From NCBI GenBank assembly GCA_031835245.2, contig JAVKOQ020000082.1, positions 1-64,000 on the forward strand: a stretch of DNA of 64,000 nt, read 5' to 3'. The translations under genes and the position numbers were made by a program. Source of the DNA: Balamuthia mandrillaris. Its lineage: Eukaryota. Positions 24,505 to 33,232 of the stretch are shown here, piece after piece; position 1 is the stretch's first letter, and each line of letters starts with the position of its first letter. The notes under the pieces were generated by a model. That model was given only the letters and a program-made list of their open reading frames with translations. It was not told the DNA's origin and searched no databases.

Positions 24505-25534
24505 TTATTTAGCATAAAGATGAAGACCGGCCATTATCTCCCTATCCGAAAACTTGCGCGCCAAGTCTTCCTCCTCTTCTCCATCCTCTTTTGCTCTCTC
24601 CACTTCCTCTTTTTGCCGAAACGTCAGATTGAATCGACCGCAGCGAAACACGTTTGGCATTCTTTCCTCCTCCAACACAGAAAGTAACACGGGAGGAATA
24701 GTTCCAACGTGGATCTTTGGCACGCTATGATAAAGCATCCGCATAGGTCCACCAAACAGCAACACATCTCCCGAACGAAGTATCAACGAAGAGATCTGCT
24801 CTGCTTCATCTTCCTCTTTCTCTTCTTCTTCATCTATTGAGGCTTCGTTCTTGTTGATTTTCATCCTTTGGCGATAGAGAAAAGTAGCGTCGTTACCGAG
24901 CGATAAGGAGATAATGGGAGCTGTAAGTTGCAAATGGTTCTTTCGCGAGAGACCTGGAACCGTGTCTGCGTGCCATCCTATTCGTCCTTCTGGAGGATAA
25001 TAGTTGAGACGAGTGATACTGGAAGAAGAGGAAGGAGAAGGAAAGAATGGAGGCAAGGAAGGGGAGAGCTCAGAAGCGACAGAGGTCCAGTCGTAGAGCA
25101 GATCTTGGAGGTATGAAGCAGAGGAGAGAAGCTCGTCGCAGAGAATGTTTACGCGGGAGTGGCTTTGAGCAAAGAACTTGTTGAGTTTAGTAGTTGGTCT
25201 TCCGGCCGCCTTTCTAAGATGACGAAAAAAAGGGTTTTATTTCGTCAAACGCGGAGGCAAAGAAGCAGAGTGTTAAAGAGAGAGAGAGAGAGAGAGAGAG
25301 AGGAAGAGAGGGAGAAAGAGAGGGAGAGATGAAAGAGAAACGATGATAGAAGACTTACTGCATGCCGATGTGGACAGAGGCGGTGTCTTGCACCTCCCCA
25401 AACTTTATGATGTCCTTCAAGAGCAAGACCTGTGTCGGTAAGTCAAGAGCGCCTTCGAGCAGGACCAACCCGTCTAGCAGCACGCGCCCATGTTGCTTCA
25501 GCCGGTATAACCTGTCTTCTCTAGTGTCGGCCAT
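24505..25534 (-). CDS. AlkB-like Fe(II)/2-oxoglutarate dioxygenase
   Basis: LNYY..., HAD (HxD), PIISLSLG, LRSGDVLLFGG, YHSV, RFNLTFR; upstream exon MADTREDRLY...GLVLLEGALD. Confidence 0.88.
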
Positions 25535-25690
25535 GGTCTTTCGTCTGCCGCTTTTATTCTATTCTGGTCCCGTTCTGTTGTTCAATTTCACCGAATAATT
25601 AGTTAAGTGTATGCAGCCAATGAACTTCGAGTGTCGCTTCGAGGAAACAACCACATGAACAAAAAAAAAACAAAAAAAAAAGACGGGTTT

Positions 25691-27316
25691 ATGCCGGAAT
25701 CAAGCTCGTCCGCTTTTCGACCGGTTCCTCGTCATGGATCGCGCTGGCTGTTGTGGGGGGTGACTCTGTTGGCTCTGGCGGTGATACAAGCGACTCTGCT
25801 CCGTTCCTTTGTTTCCTCCAGCACCGCCGCTGTTATTTCTTCTCCAAGTTCTCCGGCAACTTCTCTTTCTTCTCCTGTTGTCACTTCCGCTTCTCTTCCG
25901 CTAGTATCTTCTCCTTCGCCTTTCCTTCCGAAACGTGACACATCCACAGTGACGTTCACATCCTTTGCAAAAGACAAAGCAAAAGAGACCTGCGCCTTAG
26001 CCAGCTCCCTCGATGCCTCCGCCTTCAAAAAGGCAGAGAAACTGTTTCAACAGGGCTTCAAAAACGACAAGCTAACGGTTCTCAAGCTGCACAAAGGTAC
26101 CCTCTACGCGAACCTCGTGACGAACTACACCCCAAAGATCGTGACGCTGCTTGGTCTTTTGTGCTCCGCCCTTCCTCTCCTCTCTCACCACGCTCACCGC
26201 GAGCATGAATACTTGCTCATCAACTGTTGTTCGATGCCCTTTCCCGAACACGTTAAGGACAAATCTCGCCCCTTCCCTATTCCCACGTTTTCCGACCAGT
26301 TCTTCACCACCAACGCGACTGCCCTCTCCCAAGTGGAAACAGATACGGTCGTGGTCAACAAAGCGACTCTCATCTTTCCTTCCAAGACGAGAGGAATGTG
26401 GCTGCCTGTGCGCAGAGAAGACACCATTACAAGAAAGAAAGCAACCAGGGAGTCAGAGGAGAGTCAAACCTACTTCCAAGTCTTGAGGGAGCAGTTGCTG
26501 GAGGAGGCCAACGCCGCGCCTTGGAAGGAACGCAGCGACCTGCCCTTTTGGCAGGGACATCTTCCTTTCGTCCAAGCGTTCACCTATCCCACCGATCATC
26601 CTCGCGTGCATCTTGTGCGTTTCAGCAAAGACCATCCAACGTGTGTCCACGCGCGATTTACTCCACGGCTCGACCGGCATGACGACTATGAATCGGCCCC
26701 ACCGGCAGACCTGGCAGATATGGTGGTGGCTAACCCTTCTCCGCTTCGGTACGCCGACCACAAGTACCTCGTGAACGTCGGCAACATAGGCTATGGCGAG
26801 CGCTTCTGGGAAATGCTTCTCTCCGGCAGCACCGTCCTCTGGATGCAGGAAGGTTGGAATGAGTGGTGGTATCTCTATCTTCAGCCGTACGTGCACTATG
26901 TCCCGGTCCTCAGCAACGCCTCGGACCTCTGCGACAAAGTCCAGTGGTTAAAGGCTCACCCGGAGGAGGCGGAACGCATTGCGAACAACGGACAGCGTTT
27001 GGTGGAGCAGCTGCTGACTTGGGAGAACGTGCTGAGCTACACCGCGCAAACCATGGATGGTTACCTGGAGGGCTGCTCCGAGTTGATGGGCACTCTGCGG
27101 CGATCATCCAAGACCTTTCAGTGGTTGGAGGGCCGGAAAGGAGCAGTTCCTCTTTGTTCCGTCGATGGGCTCAGCGGTGGAGAGGAAGAAGAAGGCCTGA
27201 TGTTCAGAAAGCTGTGGGAGCAAGTGGGCGGCGGTGAGCCGACGTTGGAAGGAGCTCTAGCCGCTGTTCACACCGCCCTTGTCGATGCCTTGGCCGAAGC
27301 AAACAAACCAAGTTAA
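25691..27316 (+). CDS. Glycosyltransferase family 90 (CAP10/POGLUT-like), type II membrane, intronless
   Basis: N-terminal TM; PWKERSDLPFWQG; KYLVNVGN; EWWYLYLQPYVHYVPV; DLCDKVQWLKAHPEEAERIANNG. Start could instead be the Met at 25655. Confidence 0.85.
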   Translation: MPESSSSAFRPVPRHGSRWLLWGVTLLALAVIQATLLRSFVSSSTAAVISSPSSPATSLSSPVVTSASLPLVSSPSPFLPKRDTSTVTFTSFAKDKAKETCALASSLDASAFKKAEKLFQQGFKNDKLTVLKLHKGTLYANLVTNYTPKIVTLLGLLCSALPLLSHHAHREHEYLLINCCSMPFPEHVKDKSRPFPIPTFSDQFFTTNATALSQVETDTVVVNKATLIFPSKTRGMWLPVRREDTITRKKATRESEESQTYFQVLREQLLEEANAAPWKERSDLPFWQGHLPFVQAFTYPTDHPRVHLVRFSKDHPTCVHARFTPRLDRHDDYESAPPADLADMVVANPSPLRYADHKYLVNVGNIGYGERFWEMLLSGSTVLWMQEGWNEWWYLYLQPYVHYVPVLSNASDLCDKVQWLKAHPEEAERIANNGQRLVEQLLTWENVLSYTAQTMDGYLEGCSELMGTLRRSSKTFQWLEGRKGAVPLCSVDGLSGGEEEEGLMFRKLWEQVGGGEPTLEGALAAVHTALVDALAEANKPS

Positions 27317-27394
27317 AACCAGAAAAAAAACAAAAAAAAAAACAAAAAAGCTCAAGCGATGGTGGTGGAGGAGTGGGAACGAGAAAGAACGGAA

Positions 27395-27484
27395 AGAGGA
27401 AGAGGAAGAGGAAGAGGAAGAGGAAGAGGAAGAGGAAGAGGAAGAGGAAGAGGAAGAGGAAGAGGAAGAGGAAGAGGAAGAGGA
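27395..27484. repeat. (GAAGAG)n hexanucleotide microsatellite
   Basis: About 15 perfect copies in intergenic DNA. Confidence 0.95.
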
Positions 27485-27743
27485 GCTGGAGGGAGTGGAG
27501 AAAGAGGAGGACGAAGCAGGGTCAATGAAAGCGGCGAGCAGCAAGAGAGAGAAAGAAAAAAAGAAACAGAGGAGAAGGAGAAGCGAGAAGAAGAAGTACT
27601 ACTTACCTTGTGTTCTTTCTGCACGCCTTTTTTTTTTTGTTTTTGTTGCTACATTTGTGCTACATTTTTGCTACATTGTTTTTTGAAAAGAAAAAAAAGA
27701 ACGTAGCAGAATCGTTTGCTTTGCAACTGGAGAGAGAAGGGAA

Positions 27744-29234
27744 ATGGAAACACGACGTTCGTCCTCATCCTCAGCATCAGCATCCGCCAGAAGCAACCGC
27801 AGGTTCCTCCCGCCAGTGCCGCCGCCCAGAGACCGAGAGCTGAGCAAGCGAGCCCGATGGGTGGCTTCGTTTTCAAAGCCGGGAGGGCGCGAGGCTTGTG
27901 CCAACGGCAATGGCTATGCACAGGGAGCCAAAGGGAGCAACAAGAGAGGCAGGCGGGACGTGCCCTGTCCCATGAGGTTGCAGGAGAAGGAGTACCTTCG
28001 CTATCGCCATCTCCAGCTTCTTCAACACAGGGAGCAGACCAGAAGAGAAGAGCAGCAAGCGATGACAGAGGCTGAAGAAAGAGCAAAAAACGTAGCAGCT
28101 CAGTATCAGCAGGAGGAGGAGAGGAGAGGAAGAGGCATGGAGACCAGGAGTCAAAAGAGACAGCGACTCCGTCAGCAGTTTCAAAGTGCGGAGGAAAAGA
28201 CCTCTGGAGCCGCTTTGGATGCTCGAGGAAGAGGAGAAAGAAGAGGAGAGAAGCGTGGAAGAGAATTATCGGCAAGAGAAGAGGCGAACGAACGAGCAAA
28301 GAGAAGTGATGAAGTAGCGGATAAGCAGGTGGAGCGACAGAGAGTTGATAGCCGTCGAAGAGGAGTGGAGACGAGGAGTAGGAGACAGAATAGGCTTGAG
28401 CACCACCAGAGCATGAGCATTGGGCTTCGTGTGCACGAACGCCATGCGGCTTCGAAGAAAGGGAGAGAGGAAACAAAAATAAACGGAGGCGTAGAGACAA
28501 GAAGTCAAAAGAAAGCAAGACTAGAGCAAGAAAACAAGCAACAACAGATAGGGGAAACGGAGAAAGCGAAAAACGAGAAAAAGGAACATTCAACAACAAA
28601 CGAGAAGAAGAAGAAGCGCACCTCACATCAACTTTTACCTTTCCGAACTGTCGTAAATACCGAAACTCAGCTTTCGCCAACCGACAACAAAGTTCAAGCA
28701 TCCTCCACCACTGCGAATATTAAGGACAACACTGCACCAAGACTGAGCACTTCTGCTTTCGTTCGTTGTATGTTGCACAACCTCTCCAATGACCTTCCCT
28801 CCTCCACTAGCAACTGCCTCGAAAGCGAACCAGCGTCATCGCCTACACTTTCTTTGCCCCCAACACCATCCACTCCTTCAACAACTTCATCCGCCGTTAC
28901 ATCTCTCCAGATCGAAAGAACTTCAGAAGAAAAAGGAAGAGTTGAAGAAACAACCGCAGAGAGCTTTGACGCCCAGAGAGTTGAGGAAGTGGAATGGGAA
29001 GGATGTTTGGACCTTTCTTCCTCCCCGCTGTTGTCGGATGATGATGGTGACGAGCAGGAAGGCGACTGTGGCGGCATCCACGAGCCCACGCAGTGGGTCT
29101 CTGCCGTTGACTCGTGGATTGTCATCGCTGACGATCCGCAAGAAGGGCGCGAGTTGGGCGCAGGTTTCAAGAAGCCGGCTGGGGCAACCACAAAGAAGCC
29201 ACGAACAAAGTCTTCTCCTGGCATGGAGGAGTAG
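27744..29234 (+). CDS. Hypothetical low-complexity charged protein with repeated (M/V)ETR(S/R) motifs
   Basis: 496-aa uninterrupted ORF; basic helical N-half, acidic Ser/Thr-rich C-half; no recognisable domain. Confidence 0.55.
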   Translation: METRRSSSSSASASARSNRRFLPPVPPPRDRELSKRARWVASFSKPGGREACANGNGYAQGAKGSNKRGRRDVPCPMRLQEKEYLRYRHLQLLQHREQTRREEQQAMTEAEERAKNVAAQYQQEEERRGRGMETRSQKRQRLRQQFQSAEEKTSGAALDARGRGERRGEKRGRELSAREEANERAKRSDEVADKQVERQRVDSRRRGVETRSRRQNRLEHHQSMSIGLRVHERHAASKKGREETKINGGVETRSQKKARLEQENKQQQIGETEKAKNEKKEHSTTNEKKKKRTSHQLLPFRTVVNTETQLSPTDNKVQASSTTANIKDNTAPRLSTSAFVRCMLHNLSNDLPSSTSNCLESEPASSPTLSLPPTPSTPSTTSSAVTSLQIERTSEEKGRVEETTAESFDAQRVEEVEWEGCLDLSSSPLLSDDDGDEQEGDCGGIHEPTQWVSAVDSWIVIADDPQEGRELGAGFKKPAGATTKKPRTKSSPGMEE

Positions 29235-29399
29235 AAGAGAGAGAGGGAAGGAAAGATAACGCGTAAGTTTCTTTTTATTTTATTATCATAGCATTTAATT
29301 AATTAATATAAATAATAGAGAATGCCAACATAATAGTTTGTTAGCCCCGAAACTCCTTTAAAGGAGATTTTCACTAACGGAAAGCAACGAAAGGAAGCA

Positions 29400-30919
29400 A
29401 TGCAAGGAGAAAACAACGAAGCACCCTCCGGCCAGCAAACACAACCGCAACAGCAGAACAAACAGGGCACAAAGAGAGGGATGGGAAACAGCCACCATGG
29501 CAGCAGAGGGCAGCACCAGCCACCAACCAACAAAAGACAGAGACCGCCCCCGTCGCCACGGCAGCTTGACGAAACGCGCAGCCATAAAATAGAAATCAAC
29601 GCTTTAAAGTTTGATTGTGAAAACAAGTGTTGGGTTGAGTGTCCTTCTTCTTCGGAAGACAACCAAGAGCGGATTTCGAGGCTCAGAGTGGTTACGTACA
29701 ACGTCTGGTTTGCGTCCTTCTTCATGAGACAGCGTTACCGCCACCTCCTGGCTCTGTTGCAGGAACTTGACCCTCATGTTGTCTGTCTTCAGGAAGGTTC
29801 TTTTGCTCTCCTTCCCTTCTTTCTCTTTTCTCCTATGTACTCTGTTCTCTTTGCTGCTTATGCTCTACTCTCTGTCTCTGTTCTTTCTTCTTTCTTCCAT
29901 CTTTCTTCGTTTGTTTTCATGCTTCTTCTCTTCTCGCGTCTTTTTTTTTCTCTCTCTCCTTTGTTGAGTAAAGACAGGTACATGCTGAATATATAAAACA
30001 GTAACGATAGATTTCTTGAAAGAGATGAGACAAACAAAATGGGTGCAAGACAACTTTTACGTGTCCGATGTGGCTGGTCGCACTCTGAACGGCTATGGCG
30101 TAGTCATCATGTCCCGGTTACCGATGATAAAGTTGGAGAAATGGAGTTTGCCATCGATGATGGGACGGCGGCTGATACTCGCTCGGTTCAACTTGAATGG
30201 AGAAGAAGTCGCCATCGCAACGGTACATTTGGAGAGTTTGGACAGTGAACCTGTGCGAAGGAAGCAGCTCGCCGTCATTGCAGGTATTTCTTTCTTCTTT
30301 CTTGGTCTTTCTTTCATGCCATTTCCTTTCTTGCTTTCTTTCTTATAGCACAACAAACAATGGGATAGATGTCCTACGCAGAAACAAACACGCCGCTCTG
30401 ATGGGCGACTTCAACTTTGACTCCACCCGTCACTTTCATCCCGAGCGAGAAGGCAGATACCCTCTTGAAAACCGCGTTCTCAACGAGCTTCTTGGTGAGT
30501 TTATCGATGTGTGGCCTTTTCTTCACGACGAGACCACGGAGAAAGGATACACGTTTGACACGGACGCAAATGCCATGCTAAACCATCAAAAGCATCGTCC
30601 TGAGCGGATGCGTTACGATCGAGTGATGTGGAAGAGGAGTTCATGTTGGAAACCTGTTCGCATTGAACTTGTTGGAACGGATGCGCTGTCGATGGACGAA
30701 GAAGGAGCAAAAGATTTTGATGGCCCGGTTTTACCATCGGATCATTTTGGATTGTTTGCTGAAGTTGCTTTTGTGGAAAAAGAAGAAGAAGAAGAAGAAG
30801 AAGAAGAAGAAGAAGAAGAAAAAGAAGAAGAAAAAGAAGAAGAAACTGAGAAAGAAAAAGAAAGTGAACGAGAGAAAGATGCAGACACAGCAAAAGAAAA
30901 AGATTTTATATTTGTTTAA
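29400..30919 (+). CDS. TDP2-like EEP nuclease/phosphodiesterase, paralog B
   Basis: TYNVWF, CLQE, HLES, GDFN, RYDRV, PSDH; two introns; (GAA)n-encoded poly-Glu tail. Confidence 0.87.
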
Positions 30920-31020
30920 AAATATAAAATGACTGTAAGAGAAAACAGTAAGCTTGCCCCTCCCCTCTCTTGTCGTATTGGTAGGCGACTACGGCTGCCT
31001 CCTGGGCAAGCATGATAACA

Positions 31021-32739
31021 TCATCCCAATTGCTTGGTTGCTCTGCAGTGCAAAGCCAAGTCGGTTGGAGAGGGCACGTTGTACTGCTTCAGCCAACGTT
31101 GAATCGTTTGAAAGGTGAGCCGACGTGCCTCTTTCACCTGCGGTGGATCCGCCAGCTCCCTCTCTGCAAACATGTCGTAAGTGTGGGCCATCCTCTCCAC
31201 ATCGATCGCCTGCAGCTCTCTCTTCTTCATCTCCTCATCCCCGTCCATTTCCTTTGCCCTTGGAGAGAAAGCTCGGACGGGGTCGTAACCTCCGTTCACC
31301 CACAAGATACGACTTGCTCCTTGCGTTGTTGTGGCGTCGAAGTCAAGTATAGGCGAGACGTAACCGCGCCACCAGGAAAGAGGATCGAAGGAGGCCTTCA
31401 CGCCTGGCCATTCCCTCTTGCAGTACTCCACCATGAGAGAGTAGTTATAGGGAGAGGGAATGGCGAAGATGCCCGTCCCCGCGATGGGCTGAACGAACTG
31501 TTGGCAACAGAGGTAAGACCATGGTTTCCGTTCGATGGGCAACGGATCCTTCCTTGCGTCTTGAGGCGAAAAGAGTCGTGAAGAAGACGAAGATGATGGT
31601 TGTGATGAAAGCAGAGAAGACGATGAAGATGATGGAAGAAACGTAAGACAAGGCAAGTCTTTGGTGGCATTATAGTACATGTCCAGCGCTAACCCAATAA
31701 GCCCTCTTTCTGATGCTTCGTTTCGTTGTTGACAGAGAACTTGTAAGGGATTGGCAAGGTGGAAGGGCGGATTGGCGATCGGGTAGTTGAACTCAGCGAC
31801 GGATGCGAAGGCGTTTCTCGCCGTCAGCAACAACCTAAAGACGTCCGAAGAGGAGCTCACCTCCTCGCAAAGCCGATACCTCTTCTTCAGCTCTTTTCTC
31901 AGCGTCCCATTGAATCGCTGCTGATAGACCTGCTCAAACTCTCCTCTCACCGCTTCTCCGCAGCTCTTCTCCGTTGGGAGAAAGGGCACAGAGTTGAACG
32001 TTTGACTGACGTGGTCGAACCAGGTGGAGTTGGAGACTTCGCCGACGGTGTAGAGAGCGGCCGCGCTGGCTATGGCGCCTCCGTTCACCACCGTGGGATG
32101 CTTGGCCCTCATCAGCATTGCAAGAAACCCGCCATAACTTCCTCCAAAGGTGAATACTTTGCCGCCTTGTTCTCTTTCTCTTCCTCTGGTGTTGCTTGAA
32201 GACAACGAAGAAGAAGAAGAAGAAGAAGAAGAAGAAGAAGAAGAAGAAGAAGAAGAAGAAGAAGAAGAAGAAGAAGGCATGTATTGCTGCTGGACGTGTT
32301 GGATGATGGCCACGTAATCCGCCAAAGTTTGTTCCACCGTCAAGAAGACGACGTTCTCCGGGGTGAAGCTCAGCTCCGGTCCGAAGGGCAAGCTCTCCCC
32401 AAAGTAACGATGCTCGGCGGAGACCAGGAGGGCGTTCAAGCGGGCTGCATAGGCGGCGAACGCGATGACGCCGTCCATCACGCTGGCGGGGGAGAGGCCC
32501 GCCTCCGGGCCGCAGTAGAAGAGGAGCGGTCCGCCGGGCTTGTAGTGAGCGTCGTTGACAAAGTACTTTTGAAGAAAGAAAGAGGAGGAGGAGGAGTGGG
32601 AAGGAGCGTTGAAGTGGTCAACGGGCTGTTTGAAGTATTTGGGCGAAGGAACGTCCTTGGAAGCAGAAGGAACAGAAGCAGAGGAGGAGGAGGATTGCAG
32701 CACGAAGAGAAGGAAGAGGAAGCAGAGAGGGTGTTTCAT
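31021..32739 (-). CDS. Serine carboxypeptidase S28 family (PRCP/DPP7-like), secreted/lysosomal, intronless
   Basis: Signal peptide MKHPLCFLFLL; QPVDHF; EHRYFGES.P; catalytic GGSYGG; YDP (Asp); AHTYD (His). Confidence 0.92.
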   Translation of the reverse strand: MKHPLCFLFLLFVLQSSSSSASVPSASKDVPSPKYFKQPVDHFNAPSHSSSSSFFLQKYFVNDAHYKPGGPLLFYCGPEAGLSPASVMDGVIAFAAYAARLNALLVSAEHRYFGESLPFGPELSFTPENVVFLTVEQTLADYVAIIQHVQQQYMPSSSSSSSSSSSSSSSSSSSSSSSLSSSNTRGREREQGGKVFTFGGSYGGFLAMLMRAKHPTVVNGGAIASAAALYTVGEVSNSTWFDHVSQTFNSVPFLPTEKSCGEAVRGEFEQVYQQRFNGTLRKELKKRYRLCEEVSSSSDVFRLLLTARNAFASVAEFNYPIANPPFHLANPLQVLCQQRNEASERGLIGLALDMYYNATKDLPCLTFLPSSSSSSLLSSQPSSSSSSRLFSPQDARKDPLPIERKPWSYLCCQQFVQPIAGTGIFAIPSPYNYSLMVEYCKREWPGVKASFDPLSWWRGYVSPILDFDATTTQGASRILWVNGGYDPVRAFSPRAKEMDGDEEMKKRELQAIDVERMAHTYDMFAERELADPPQVKEARRLTFQTIQRWLKQYNVPSPTDLALHCRATKQLG

Positions 32740-33232
32740 GGTGTACACGTTTCGTGGAACTCGCCCTTCTTCAACAAAATGAATTTGGAGCTCTTTCCCT
32801 TCCCGAAAGAAATGGGCGAGCGCAAGGAATTGGGGTTGCGAGCGCCTGCCACCCGAAAGAAGACGAGGTGGGGGAGGGGGGGTTGGGGGCGGCCTCATAC
32901 CTTGCTTTTTTTTTTTGTCGTCTGTCCGGCTTCGAACTTGCGGCAAGGTGCTTGCCACAGCGCACCCTTTCGAGGTATTTTCTAACGTTTGCAAAAGCTG
33001 AAAAAGGTAGCGAACGGTAGCTCTTGGTGACTCAGTTATTTATGACTCCATTTTTTTTTTTTTCGGTTATTTCGCACCGAAACTTTTTTTTTTCTTCTTT
33101 TTTTTTTCCCACTCCCTCTCGGCTTGTGCTTTTTCAGGAAACCAGGTAAAGTCAGGTATATAAAGTCTGTTTTGTTTTTTTTTTTAAAAAAAAAATTGTC
33201 TGCACACGCGAACACACATTTCAAAGGGACGC

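Noticed and set aside
27257..27706. ORFs encoding poly-E, poly-S, (RG)n or (LP)n
   Set aside because: All are translations of the (GAAGAG)n microsatellite.
32740..32994. N-terminal extension of the S28 peptidase in the ORF track
   Set aside because: It starts at a non-ATG codon, and a clear signal peptide begins at the Met at 32739.
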